Source of the DNA: Octopus bimaculoides
Lineage: Eukaryota
Direction of reading: 5' to 3'
DNA length: 64,000 bases
Assembly: GCF_001194135.2 (NCBI RefSeq)
Contig: NC_068983.1
Span: forward strand, 53,775,666-53,839,665
Shown one piece after another: positions 35,176-48,574 of this stretch. The position numbers and the translations under genes are program-made. The notes under the pieces are model-generated. The model had not been told where the DNA came from. It saw nothing but the letters and a program-made list of their open reading frames with translations, and made no database searches. Every line of letters starts with the position of its first letter. The stretch's first letter is position 1.

Positions 35176-35400
35176 TCAAGAACGAAAGTTTGCAATACAC
35201 TCTAGGATTTTGTAGAATAAATTATCTTTCTCATATCTCCTTCTCCACATAAATTCACAAAGATAAGAGTGAACTATGGAACGGTGTTTCCCACACTGGC
35301 GTTTGTTTCCACGCTTTACAGATGCCCAGGTACTCTCAATTTGTTGATTACACCCAATTTGGTGGTTACACTCCTTGTGCGCATGCGTAGCATCTTTAGT
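35176..35400 (-). pseudogene. Merlin (IS1595/ISXO2-like) transposase C-terminal fragment
   Basis: QQIESTWASVKRGNKRQCGKHRSIVHSYLCEFMWRRRYEKDNLFYKILECI; the IES.W and SYL.EFMWR motifs. Confidence 0.8.
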
Positions 35401-35726
35401 TACTATGGAAACAGTTCTTCGCCACGGTGATGTGTAAAACACTCGCTTCTGATTGGCTAAAATACCTAAATTTTTCAAAATTTAAAGGCTAATAACTTTT
35501 TGATTATGGATTTATGGGGGAAATGAATTTCATTTTCATAATTAGGATACAAAACTTAATCCATATACCAAATTTGAAAACAATTGAAACAAAATTATTA
35601 GCAGTGACGAATACGACAAAGATCCATGATTTTCGAAATACATCACATACAGCTTTAAAGAATAGAATGATAAATATTGGGTCGAAAAACCTTTTTGGAT
35701 AAAAAATAGACAGAAAAAATTCTAAG

Positions 35727-35798
35727 GGTTGCTTTGGTCCAATGGTAGAATGCCTGCCTTGTTTACAGGAAATGTGGGTTCGAATCTCACGCGCCGTC
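35727..35798 (+). pseudogene. Degenerate tRNA-like sequence
   Basis: tggtagaatgc (A box), T arm gtggg-ttcgaat-ctcac and anticodon arm cctgc/acagg; the acceptor stem does not pair. Confidence 0.5.
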
Positions 35799-35840
35799 TT
35801 CGACTTTTTGTCTCCAAAAGGGATTACTGTACGTGATATA

Positions 35841-36058
35841 CAGTAATCCTTCGCCATATCGCGGTTCACCTATCGCAGTTTATTATTTAAGCATACATCG
35901 ATTCCTCTGAGGTGTTGTTTTGCATTTATAATAAAATAAATATATACAAATTATAAAAATAATAATAATGATATATACAGTACTGTTTCTACTTCGCGGA
36001 TTTTCACATAACGCGGAGGTTTTGGAACGTAACGCCCACGATAGTCGAGGGATTACTG
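35841..36058. mobile_element. pogo/Tigger-type MITE
   Basis: TA|CAGTAATCCTTCG...CGAGGGATTACTG|CA. Confidence 0.8.
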
Positions 36059-36918
36059 CATTTATTCCCGAAAGGAGTTGTGTGTGTGTGTTTGTAATCT
36101 TATTCCCACCATCAGGCCAGGCACTGATCATTACATCTGTGGTGTATTCGAAAAGGGCACGAAATCCCAATCGAGGCTCCCTCTGCCCCTCTTCCTCTTC
36201 CGGTCAGTTCACGGTTCCGGTCAGCTCCCCAGTTGCTGACGACATACTACAACATCCAATCCTTCTCTCATTGACCTTTTGGAACTCCTTCCTGCTCATG
36301 TCTTTCTTGCAGATGATTTGCAATGGCTCAATAGGAACACTATTGGCATCAATTTCACCATTTTAAGAGGGTCTACAAAAGTCATGGCACGATGCTTTTC
36401 ACCGGAGCCCCATGATTTTCTCTGTCTTCGGGTAAAGAACTAATGTCCGAAATGCTGAGCGTTTTTCCTTTCCTTTCAAGCGTTAAGATAGATAGACAGA
36501 CGGACAGACAGACAGAGTGTGCAGTAAGGTCCGTGGTAGTAGAATCCAAGAAGTATAGATTTCCAACTGTAATCCTGGGGAAGTGGCAAAGGTCCGAGAA
36601 GAAGGTAGGAGAAGAGATGAGAATCCAAGAGAGGAGAAAGTCCAGTCAGTCAGGATGAAAAAAAATAATCCCGTTCTAGGAAAACTAATTTTCAAATCAA
36701 AGTTAATATATGTAAGTCTGCTCTAAATTTAATCGGGAAAAAAAATAGCAATACGCATTTGGTAAGTTTGGAAAATATTACAAATGATAGGACAGCGTGG
36801 CTTTGTGGTAAGAATCTTGCTTCGTAACCACATGGTTCCGGTTCAATCCCACTGCGCGGCACCTTGGACAAAGCCTTGTGAGTGGATTTGGTAGACGGAA
36901 ACTGAAAGAAGCCCACCG

Positions 36919-36958
<40 letters not shown>

Positions 36959-37607
36959 TATATATATACGTATGTATGTATATATCTTTGTGTTTGTGTT
37001 TGACAACCAGTGTTAATTTGATTACTTCCCCGTAACTTAGCGATTCGGCCAAAAAGACCGATAAAATAAGTGCTAGGCTTTAAAAAATATGTTCTGGGGT
37101 CAATTCATTCGACTAAAATGTCTTCAGGGTGGCGCTCCGGCATCTCCGCTGTCAAATGACTGCAGCAAGTAAAAGATAAAAACAAAAAGATCCATTTTGA
37201 AAAGAATTGAACATAAGGAAGACAAGATGCGAAAAGAGGCAACACCATTGTTATCATTAATTCGTTCAAATCTTCAGTTTGTTAAGCTAGGCTGTCTAAG
37301 GTTGGTCTTATTAGCAACTGACCGATAGACGAAACAAAACAAGCTAATCATAAATCTTTATCATTTAAAAGAACATATATATCTGCCAATCACGTAATGA
37401 GTCGTCTTTTTATTGGTGGCCTGAAAAGATACATACATGTCTGTACACAATGCTAATTGTCATGGTTTTAAGCATCGAACTAAAATGGGACATTCATGTG
37501 AGAGTCGCATTATAAAAGTTTGCAGATCATCGACTGGGCTACAAACGACAGATTCGCTGCTCATTAACAAGCGATGGTAATACTTATTAGTGAGTCGACT
37601 TCAGAAT

Positions 37608-37642
<35 letters not shown>

Positions 37643-38604
37643 GCACGCACACATATACACGTTCGTACCTATGTACATATATATGCATATTCTTTTATTT
37701 GCTTCAGTCATTTAACTACGGCCATGTTGGAGCACCGCCTTTACTCAAATAGATTGGCCCCAGGACTTATTCTTTGTAAGCCTAGTACTTATTGTATCAG
37801 TCTCTTTTGCCAAACCGTTACGTTGCGGAGACGTAAACACACCAGCATCAGTTGTCAAGCGATGGTAGGTGGGGACAAACACACACACACACACACAATC
37901 CAAATAAGAAGACAAAGATAGATCTTAGCAGATCTTTAGGGATCCATTACAATTGTTTCTGTACCAGTTCTGCTTTCAAAATTTGTTTACGCAAAGTTCC
38001 CAACGAAAGTTTACGAAATATTTGCGGTTTTAGACATCAGAGTGGCACTTCTTCAGTCCTGTATAAAAGGTGTAGGCTTATATTGTTTACCAGATTTTGT
38101 GTTTTACTTATATCGGGAAGAAACAAAAAAGTAAATAAAGATAAAAATGTACGATGGAATTACCCCATCTTTCTACCCTATCAGAACCTTATATGTGTGT
38201 GTGTGAAGCTTCTTTTAGTTTCCGTTCACTAAATGTACTGAAAAGGGTGTTAGACTTGAAATTATAGTAAAAGACACATGCCTATTTGCCGCGCTGTGGG
38301 ACTGAACCCAAGATCACATGGTCGGAAAGCAAACTCCTCAACCATACAGCCACGCCTGTGCCTATTAGTTTTTAATCCTTTTATTTACTTTTCTGATATC
38401 CTTTTGTTTGTGATTGTTTGTGTTTGGAGTGAGTTGTTATTGTCGTCGTTTGGAAACGAAGCAAAGAGGATAACGATAATGTTTCTCCTTTCTCAGTATC
38501 TTCGTTTCATTTTTCTGCATCGTTGCTTTACTCCTAATCGTTTCATTATAGCAACACGCAGGCGAATCCTCTTGGAGTTACCTCATTTCAATCTAAGTGT
38601 TACT

Positions 38605-38900
38605 AGCACTCCGTCGGTTATGACGTCAAGGGTTCCTGGTGATCCCATCAGCGAAACAACCTGCTCGTAAAATGAACGTGCAAGTTGCTCTAAGCACTCC
38701 ACAGACACGCATACTCTTAATGTAGTTCTCAGCATGATTCGGCGTGACACAGAATGCGACAAGGCTGGCCCTTTGAAATGCAGGTACTACTTTATTTTGC
38801 CAGTTGAGTGGACTGGAGCAACGTGAAATAAAGTGTCCGCCGGGAATCGAACTCATGACCTGAGCCGAATACCCCCTAGTCACTTAGCCATGCGCCTTCA
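38605..38900 (-). mobile_element. SINE family C
   Basis: Homologous to 58065-58446. Other copies at 21285-21425, 50370-50632, 55622-55945 and 62470-62852. Confidence 0.8.
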
Positions 38901-40135
38901 CTTAATTTAAGAAATGTACAAACATTGCTAACATCATTTCCTTGCTTCCAACGCCTTGAAATTCAATTGTAAACTCGAAGAGAGAGAGAGAATCCAACTT
39001 CGACGTGGTTTGAACTCAGATCGTAGACTGCTGAAACACTTCGTCTGTAATAAAATGCTCCTAACACAGTTTGTTGCTCGGGTTATTATTTTTCTTACTG
39101 GATATAAAAATACTTTTTCGAGGTGAACGTGATTTGACCTGACCTACATGTTTACTTCTGAAAAGTAATGGGTAAGCGGCCAGTGAGGAGACACAAGGAT
39201 ACTATTTCAGCTTTGTTTCATCTTGGCTAGTATTGTTCTCGAAATATGATTCAATGTGAAAGCAATCCCTTTGACCTTGAAATATATTTGGGTTAAAGTC
39301 TCAAAATGAAGAAATTAGTTTTATTTACTTAAAGATTGAATCACGATTTAATTTCAAGGAAGTAAAGAAAAGAAGAAAAAAGAGGGATTAATCGGCTGAA
39401 GATGGCGGAGTAGGAGTACAGCCCTGAACAAATATCGTATTCAGCCGTACTTTGCAGATATGACTGTGGTGGCGTTGCTGCGGTGAATGGCTAGCGACCC
39501 TCGCTGCGGCAGCCATCCCACCTCGCAGGGCTCATTTCTCAGATAGGCCGTAGTTATCCTTATTTTGTGGAAGAAATTGGTCGTGCGGGTTACGAGAACT
39601 AAAATGTACGTACGGTTTTCATGTTATATTAAATAAATGTATGTTTATATATTGGTTATTTCACACACATTGTTTACATGAAATTATGGGATGTCACTGT
39701 CGTCACTTTCGGTAAATATCGCAATTTACTTTCATTTTTTAGAACAATACACTTTCACTTCTTTACGACGGTTAAATTACATGTTGACGAGGACATTGCC
39801 CGTGGTTCTACTAAGATTTATTACAATAACTTAATTACCGTTTTTATTGTTTCTTATAATTTATTTTGTAAAACAAAATGCTAAAGTCAATTAAAATGAT
39901 TTAATTATTGTTTTACAGTAGATTTTAAGAGCATCTTTCGCACTTGGTGACTAGTCGGATTAAGCAAGCTGACTTAATTGCTGTTTTATAGTAGAATGTT
40001 TAAACATTATTCACACGTTCGATTCTCTGCGGCACTTCCATTTTGTACCAGGGGTCAGCATAAGCAGTGGCGTAACTAAAGTATGTGCCGCCCGGTGTAG
40101 CCCTTGACTTTCCGCTCCCCTTCCCCGGTCCCAAT

Positions 40136-40345
40136 ACTATTTATAGAGGTTTATACAGCAAGCTACAAAGTACTGCTCCCATAAAAGCGTCATCTAGGTC
40201 AGACCGCACCCACCCCACCCTACCCCAGCTACCATGTTTGTCCATCGGAGAGAATCGGTCACCCATCTAAGTACTGACTTGGCACGATGTTGTCTAACTT
40301 CGGTGATGGGACAAGTAATGTTTTCTATGTGATATGGTCATACCG
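40136..40345 (-). mobile_element. SINE3-like element: truncated 5S head (40255-40345) plus unrelated body
   Basis: Minus strand: gtatgaccatatcacatagaaaac...ccatcaccgaagttagacaacatcgtgccaagtcagtacttagatgggtgaccg. It then switches to a non-5S body ending ...ttgctgtataaacctctataaata. Confidence 0.75.
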
Positions 40346-42399
40346 GACATAGGTGACCTTCCATTACGTACCTGTTCGACAAGTCTATTACCCATTCAAA
40401 TATTCGGGTCAGGAGTTCGGTCCAAGGATAATTTCACTCTTCCTCCAAACTTCCTGGATAAGTGGTCAGTTGGGAGTTCTGCCCTTTCTCCTCTGACCAA
40501 GAGATAAAAACAGTTCGTTAATCCACTACCAGGATGTGTACTTTACCTTATTGACCTGGAAAATATTAAAAAACAAAACAAAGTTGACTCAGCGGGATTT
40601 GAACTCAAAACGCAGAAATCCAGCACAAATGTTACAAAGCATACTAACTGATGCTCTAACAATTTCACTAATCCTCTGCCGAGATTGGTACTTTATCCTA
40701 ACGGCTCGGATAATATTAAAAGAAAAAATGAAAGAGTTGACTTCTGCTGCAGGATTTGAACTTAAAATGCCGAAATCCGGAACAAAAACCCTGCAAAGCG
40801 ATAAATCCAATACTCCAACGTCTCAACCAATTCGTCACCTTATGAAATGCTGCAAATTTATTAGGAAGAGAAGACAATGGTCGTATATGTGTATTATTAG
40901 ACAGAAGTGAAACACTAGTCAGTAGGCTAAATTATAGTGTATTAAACGTATGAAGTGCTATTTAAAGGGCGGTTTACAGTAGTTGATGATAAAGGTAGAA
41001 ATTTCATTTTCGTTATCTGTACTGAAATATATGACTATCAAGTGCATCTAAATAAAGGATTTCCACACGGAAGTCGTATTCAAACGAAAAGTAGCCCTGG
41101 TCTAGCATAGTTGTGTGGTTAAGAATCTCGCATTGCAGTCACATGGTCTCGGGTTCAGTCCCACTACATGGTCTTGAGCAATGTTTTCAGCAATAGCCCA
41201 GGCCGATGAATGCCTTGTTAATTGAATTTTTAAAAGGAAACTTAAAGCATATCTATCTATCTGTCTGTGTGTCACTATCGCTTCACAACCGGTGTTGGTT
41301 TGTTTACGCCCTCGTAACTTATCGGTTCAGCAAAAAAGATATCTATAGAATAAGTACCAGGCTTTAAAAAAACACAATCCAGTGACTGAAACAAATAAAA
41401 GAAGACAAACATACAGACAGACATGGGCATTCCTGAAATTCTCCATGTGAGATTCTTAGGAGAATAGATGCACACACTTGGGTGTATGCATCGATTATTC
41501 AACCATCACACCAACTCAACCACAGATTTACAAATTTGCTTAACTCAAAAAATGTTGTTGCTTTGTTAGCAACCGGCTTCAACTCACTCAAGAAGAACTT
41601 ACATTAAACTAAAGAAAAAAAAAAACACGCACATGTAAGATATGTATGAGTATACATATATTTATCGGTCTACTTTGTGCAATGTATTTTTTATTTAAGA
41701 TGGTAGGACGTGGTTTTAGCAAGATTTAACTGTTATTTCTAGCCGCTTGTGTGACTACATAGAGGCATCATTCAGCGGTCACAATTGTTAACGTGTTTGC
41801 TTAAGCATTCTGGTACAAGTGGTAAACGGCACGATTCCCAGCTAGCGAGCTTGGTGAAAGAAAGAAAGAAAGAAAGAAGGACTAATGCAGTCGCAGCCTC
41901 ACTACCGTGTTAAATCCCAGATGAATCATCTTCACGAGTGTTTCAATAATCCATTGAAGTTATTTCAGTTTATGCTTTTCCCGCAGGAAAGATTGCAAAC
42001 TTTACAACTTTGCTGTGTGATGACATTGTCCATATAGGCGCAGGCATGGCTGTGCAGTAAGAAGTTTACTTCCCAAACCGTTTGGTTCAGGGTTCAGTTC
42101 CACTGCAAAGTACTTTGGACAAGTACCTTCTACTACAGCCTCGGGCCGACCAAAGGATAGAGGCCAGGCTAACGTGAACCACCTCTTCCCAGAGCTGGCA
42201 GAAACATTAGCACGCCAGCCGAAATGCTTAGCGGTATTTCGTCTATCTTTACGTTCTGAGTTCAAATTCCGCCGAGGTCGACTTTGTCTTTCATCTTTTC
42301 GGAGTCGATAAATTAAGAATCAGTTGTATTCTGGGGTCGATCTAATCGACTCTCCCTTCCCCAAAATTTCGGGCTTTGTGCCTAGAATAGAAAAGAATA

Positions 42400-43618
42400 C
42401 ACTCAGACATGACAAAAGTAAATAGACACCCTATAAAACATCGTTTTATGCTTATTTTAACTGAAAAAAGTTTGTATTTTTTTATTACTTGATATGTTTA
42501 TGTTTTAGCTCCTGTATGTGACTGTTTAATCATGCCACATACAAAAGAAGGCTTGGGACTGTCCGAATTTCAAAGAGGTCGTATTTGGTGTCAATCTGAA
42601 AGTGGACCTAGTCAGAGTAAAATCGCAGAAACCTTGGGATCCCACTTTCTACAGTTAGTAGAGTGATTGTGCAATTCACCAGGGAGGGCAAGGAGTTCAC
42701 ATTACCTCGACCAGGGCCCTCTGACAGGACCCTTCTCTTTGTTAAGTGAAGTGTGGAGGATAATCTTCGTTGCAAGGCTTCTGATATAGCAGAATAAGTT
42801 GATGTCAATCTCCGAACAGCTAGCTGTCAGGTATCACCGCAAGCTTGGCTACTATATCAGAGCAGTAAGAAGGAAGCCACTTCTTCGACCAGCCAATATC
42901 AAGCAGAGAAAAGATCGGGCCAGTGAGATGGTGGGGAGGCCACAGTCATATTCTCTAATGCGTCCAAATTTGCTGTATTTTCTGACAGTGGTCCAGTGTG
43001 ATCAAGAATTTGACGTGAAAAGATTGCAATTAGCAACGAAACACAGTCTGAGGAGCAATTTGGAGCAATGGTCGATCAGAGCTGGTGGAATGTGAGGGAA
43101 ACATAAACTCAGATAAATATGTGTCCATATTGCAGAAAGGACTCCTTCCGATCTTCTCCAGCGGTGAAATGATTTTAAAGAAGACTCTTTATTTATGAAA
43201 GATGGGGGTCCTTGTCACACGGCTAAAAAGACCCAAGGTTGGCTGGAAGAGAATGGCGTTAAAAAAGTTTCCATAGCGAAGCCAGTCACCAGATATGAAC
43301 CCTATTGGACACCTCTGCGTCATAATGAATAGAACATTTCGAACACTTCATAAAAAGAGCAACAAAGCATATTCAAAGCCAAATCTTTTGAGATTACTGC
43401 ATGAAACTAGGCAAGAAATTCCTCAAGAGAATATTCATCATCTGATCAGTAACGTTCCTAATAGGATCCTTACACTGAAAAATGTAATGGAAGGGCATGT
43501 CTACTAAACGTTAGATATTCACATTATAATAATTAATAAATAATTTGAATGTATGATTTCAGATTTAAATTAATTTTAACGAGTATAAGAGTGTGTATTT
43601 ACTTCTGTCATGTCTGTG
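42400..43618 (+). mobile_element. Complete-length decayed Tc1 transposon
   Basis: TA|CACTCAGACATGACAAAAGTAAATAGACAC...GTGTATTTACTTCTGTCATGTCTGTG|TA. Transposase remnants RKPLL, FSD, DGGPCHTAK and QSPDMNPI, with stops and frameshifts. Confidence 0.9.
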
Positions 43619-44819
43619 TATAGACAAAATTTTCCTGTAGCAAACGTAATTCTAGCACTACCAACAAGGAAAATAATTCTTATAAATTCCATATTGGAGT
43701 TACCTCCCTTGCAAGTATCCTCTCATTTAGATTTCTTAATACACTTACAGGGAGTTTTTGTCTACTAATCGTCTAAATTATCTGGAATGATAGAAATTTT
43801 TCGCTTCAGTATATTACATAGGTGGGGCCTAACTTTGCTTATATTTAGTATGCAGAAGACGTCCCCGTGATATTTCCCTCTCATCCATTTTATTGTTGAG
43901 TCAAGCATTGAAATATACCTCGCAGAAGACATTCTTGTGTCTTCTTCCTATATGTTTTAACGCTTATCTTTTACTTGTTTCAGTCATTAGACTGCAGCCA
44001 TGCTGGGGCACCGTCTTCAAGAAATCTAGTTGAACGGATCATCCCCAACAATTTGTTAATTTTCATTTTTATATTGGTATTTTATCGACTTTTGTGCCAA
44101 AACGCTAAGTTACAGGGACATAAACACCATCATTGGCTGTCAAGCGGCGGTAGGACGCGCGCGCGCATACATACACACACAATATATTACTCTTTTACTC
44201 TTTTACTTGTTTCAGTCATTTGACTGCGGCCATGCTGGAGCACCGCCTTTAGTCGAGCAAATTGACCTCAGGACTTATTCTTTGTAAGCCTAGTACTTAT
44301 TCTATCGGTCTTTTTTGTTGAACCGCTAAATTACGGGGACGTAAATACACCACCATCGGTTGTCAAGCGATGCCGGGGGGACAAACACAGACACACAAAC
44401 ATATATACATACATACATACATATATANNNNNNNNNNNNNNNNNNNNNNNNNNNNNNNNNNNTATATATATATATGTTTTGTGTGTATGTGTGTATGTGT
44501 ATATATACGACGAGCTTCTTTCAGTTTCCATCTACCAAATCCACTCGAAAACCAGCTGGAAATAGCAATTAAAACTTCCTCAAGTCAAGATCCACTCAGT
44601 TTAAAAAGTAAGGGTATATTAGAAAAATTTAGTCCTAGACATATAATAATGGTGGAGGAAGGAGAGACATGGATGAAATACCTTTGTGACGATGTCTGTG
44701 TGATTTAGGGATTAAGTAGCCATGTGACAGATTCTGTTTGTTTATTTCTTTGTTTTGTTGTTAATGTTTTTGTCATGTTCTTTCTCTTCACCTGCTCGAC
44801 CGAGCAACTCTAATATAAA

Positions 44820-44950
44820 ATTAAACAACAATTACCAGAACGACGACGACGACAGCGACAACAACAACAAAAACGGCAACTACGCCACCACCACCAACAA
44901 CAACAACAACCTCAACAACAAAACCGTTTGCAACAACAACAATAAGGACG
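44820..44950. repeat. (AAC)/(GAC) trinucleotide low-complexity tract
   Basis: Direct inspection. Similar (TAG)n at 32083-32135 and 49385-49432; (TATC/TGTC)n at 49670-49920. Confidence 0.95.
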
Positions 44951-45462
44951 ATGGTGACGAGAAAAAAACATCCAATTCGTGGGAAAGAAAAAAGGGAGAA
45001 TGCGAACGAAGGTTCGTAAAGAGGAGAAGAGACGTTTGGAAATACGAGCGGAGCAATGGAGCGTGAAGGTAACCAGGACGACCCACGACTGCGGGGGCGG
45101 CGGCGGCGGCGATTGTAATTGGAAGAGAGGACAATTCTATTCAATAGTTGTATTGGAAAAATACAAGAGAAATTTATGATACGGGGGACGGGGGTAAACA
45201 GTAGCAAAGATGATAATATTAATAAACAAGAGCAGTTTGTATGTGGTTACCTGACGCCCATATCACGCCCATTATCATAAATACGTAAATCACCAATTCA
45301 TAAAGTAGTCTTAGGTATCCACTAAGACATGATGGTTACGGATGGAATGCTTTTCATCCCAGTAATCGACACACACACCTGACGAGTCACCTATTCCGCT
45401 AAGACCCTTAAAGGTGCGAAACCAATGACCACTCTTTGACCATTATACATACATAATATATA

Positions 45463-46486
45463 TGTAGTGAAACCATCTCTCCCACTGTTATAAATATTAA
45501 CAAGTGCGGGCGTAGCAGAGAGCAGCTTGCTGTGTCCATCACCTGACTGACTATTATTTCGGCGGCATTTGCCTCGTACCGTTCCCGCCAGGACGCAAAC
45601 TGACCAACCACAGCCACGAATAAGGTCACGTGAGAGTATTTTTCTGATGCCTTCTGGAGCCCCTATTTTACTATAAATAGACTAAATTATCCCCGCCAAT
45701 TCGTCGCGGCTCAGATCTTCTGAGATCTGGCCGCTGACCACACACGCGTAACACAGCACCAACCAACCAGCCAGTTCCAGCGACGACATCAACACCATCG
45801 TCCAACTACGACTACCAGCATCGCCGCCAGCGTCAACATGACTTCTACACGTACACAAGCTACCAACAGCTAACCAAACAACCACCGCAGCTTCTCGACC
45901 CTGTTTGTGTGATTTGCTCACCACGAAACCAACAGCCAGAATTCAGCCTGCGAAGAACATCTGTATTCAAGAACCCAGCCCGACATAGAAGCCCTAACAT
46001 CACGACGAGTGACCGCTCTGCCTTAACGCCTTAAATTCTTATATACAGACACTTACTACTGTGTACTCTAATTAAGAACTGGTAAATTCTAATTCGTGTT
46101 ACTGACTCTTATCAATACTATGTNNNNNNNNNNTCGTGTTACTGACTCTTATCAATACTATGTATCTCTCGCATTCACATACATGTATTACTCGCACACA
46201 CTCTTTTGTTTACATGACGGCCTGTCTTATATTGCGTTTTAATATGTCGCATTCACTCACACACAGACATACAGTTTAATGCTCCAATAAATCTTACTGT
46301 TATTCATCTCTATCGGTTGCGTTCCTATCTTTTATCTTACTGGCAAATTTCTTAGTTCTCTATGTTATAGAATTATAACATACTATCATTTCATATTTTT
46401 GTGTCGACCGTGTGACGCGTTTAAAAAAGGAGCCTGTTTTCCATTCGTCACCATTTCTCCTTTTGGTTCGCACGGTCGTTCTTACA
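45463..46486 (+). mobile_element. Probable solo LTR
   Basis: TGTAG...TTACA termini with TATA on both sides, internal ctataaatag TATA box and an aataaa signal; no coding remnant. Confidence 0.5.
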
Positions 46487-46594
46487 TATATATATGTGTG
46501 TGTGTGTGTGTGTAAGCTCATCCACTTTGGAAAAAAGGAACATACACAAACAATGACATTCTCTACCGTCGGTAGACTTCGTAGCGTCGAGTCA

Positions 46595-46925
46595 TAGCAG
46601 AGACTTAGGCGTAACTGTCGCCACTAACCTTAGCAAAAGTGAGCACATCAACATAAAGAGTCGAGATGAGACGTAGAATGTGCACATGGATCCTCAGAAC
46701 TTTTCAATCTAGAGATCATGAAACAACAATCCTTTTCTTCACTACGTTTGCTTGGTCTCACTTCGATTATTTTTACTGATTGTGGTCCCCCTACACATAA
46801 CAAGATATAATGAGGATTGAAGCACCGCAGAGATTAATCACACAAATAAATGGCATGACTGGCCTTAATTATTGGGCTCGCCTCAAAAGGGTGAAACTTT
46901 ATTCTCCCCAACGCCGCCCTGAGCC
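46595..46925 (+). pseudogene. CR1 LINE RT C-terminal fragment
   Basis: RDLGVTV..NL...WILRTF...; RIEAPQR..I.GMTGLNYWARLKRVKLYSPQRR. Confidence 0.75.
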
Positions 46926-47209
46926 TATATTTTTTGTAGAAAGCGGAAAATATTCCACCAATAGGCGCAGGAGTGTCTGTGTGGTAAGTAATTTGCTTAC
47001 CGACCACATGGTTCCGGTTTCAGTCCCACTACGTGGAACCTTGGGCAAGTGTCTTTACTATAGCCTCAGGGTGACCAAAGCTTTCTGAGTGGATTTGGTA
47101 GACGGAAACTGAAAGAAGCCCGTCGCATATATCTGTGTTTGTCCCCCAATCATCGCTTGACAACTGATGTTCGTGTTTACGTCCCCGTAACTTAGCGGTT
47201 CGGCATGAA

Positions 47210-47670
47210 ACAGTAAGGCGGCGGGCTGGTAAAAACATTAGCACGCTGGGCGAAATGCTTAGTGGTATTTCGTCTGTTTTTACGTTCCGAGTTCATTTTC
47301 CGCCGAGGTCGACTTTGCCTTTCATCCTTTCGGGGTCGATGAATTAAGTACCAGTTGCGTACTGGGGTCGATCTAATCAACTGGCCCCCTCTCCAAAAAT
47401 TTTGGGCCTTGTGCCTAGAGTAGAAAATAATATTTAGGGCGTCGAGCTGGCAGAAACGTTAACACGCCGGGCGAAATGCTTAGCGGCATTTCGTCTGCCG
47501 TTACATTCTCAGTTCAAATTCCGCCGAGGTCGATTTTGCCTTTCACCCTTTCGGAGTTGATAAATTAAGTACCTGTTACGCACTGAGGTCGATGTAATCG
47601 ACTTAATCCCTTTGTCTGTCCTCATTTCTCCCCTCTATGTTTAGCCCCCTGTGGGCAATAAAGAAATAAA
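47210..47670 (+). mobile_element. Two tandem SINE family A copies with different tails
   Basis: The first ends gtgcctagagtagaaaa; the second ends tagccccctgtgggcaataaagaaataa. Confidence 0.88.
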
Positions 47671-48574
47671 TATATTTAAAACAGTAAGCATAAAAATAGC
47701 TGATTAAAAATCAATCCATCTAAAAATAATTAGGCGATGAAAAAATGACGACAGTAGTGCAATCGCAAATATAATTTTTTTTCCACACATTTCAACAAGC
47801 AAGGGAGGCAATTTAGAACATGTTACTACAATATTAGACATTTTCAGCGGAGCATAGATTTCATTTTATTTGCCGAATGACTAGATTACTTAGTGATAGT
47901 ACAATACTCTAAATGCAATGAAGTCTCACAAGCATAAGACCCTACTGAATAGTGTTAAGTTCTGAAAGTTCTCCCTTCATGTAGTTTCCCTCTGTCATAT
48001 TGTTGTTGCTTAATGTCCATAAAACGATAGTATTTTCAAATATACATATTTTTCACTTGCTTATCTCTTGAAGTAGTGGTAATGTTGGTGGTGGTGGTGG
48101 TGGTGGTGATTACCGATGAGATACAAGTACTTGTAATTTTAATCAACGATAAAGCAGCTGCAGCATTAGTATCTGTAGTAGTAGTATTAATGATGGTGGT
48201 AGGGGGGGGGGGTAGTATTATTGTTATAAATACACGTGTTATATATATAAATGCTCAAATATATGTCTCTGTGTGTGTCCATGCCTGTCTTTAGGTAACA
48301 CGGCTAGAAAAACCGGTGCTTTGTTTGTGTCCCATATTTTAAAATGTTCGGCAAACAGATCGATAAAATAAGCACCAAAGTTTTAAAAAATAAGTACTAG
48401 GATCGATATGAACGACTAAAACACTTGCATCAAATTGGTGCTCCAGCATAGCCACAGTCCAACGACTGAAACCTTTTCTAGAGTTAAGCATTTCGTCTGA
48501 CTCCATCGATTTTTTTTTACTCATTGCCCTCAGCGCCGCACACATTGACCTGTTAATATTGACCGTCACACCAA

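Noticed and set aside
35727-35798. Functional tRNA gene
   Set aside because: The acceptor stem does not pair and the anticodon loop is non-canonical.
39394-39445. Hammerhead at CTGAAGATGGC...GCCCTGAAC
   Set aside because: No GAAA after helix II, and the downstream strand pairs with the core itself rather than forming helix I.
46094-46163. 30-bp direct repeat around a 10-N gap
   Set aside because: This is the typical unmerged contig overlap, an assembly artefact.
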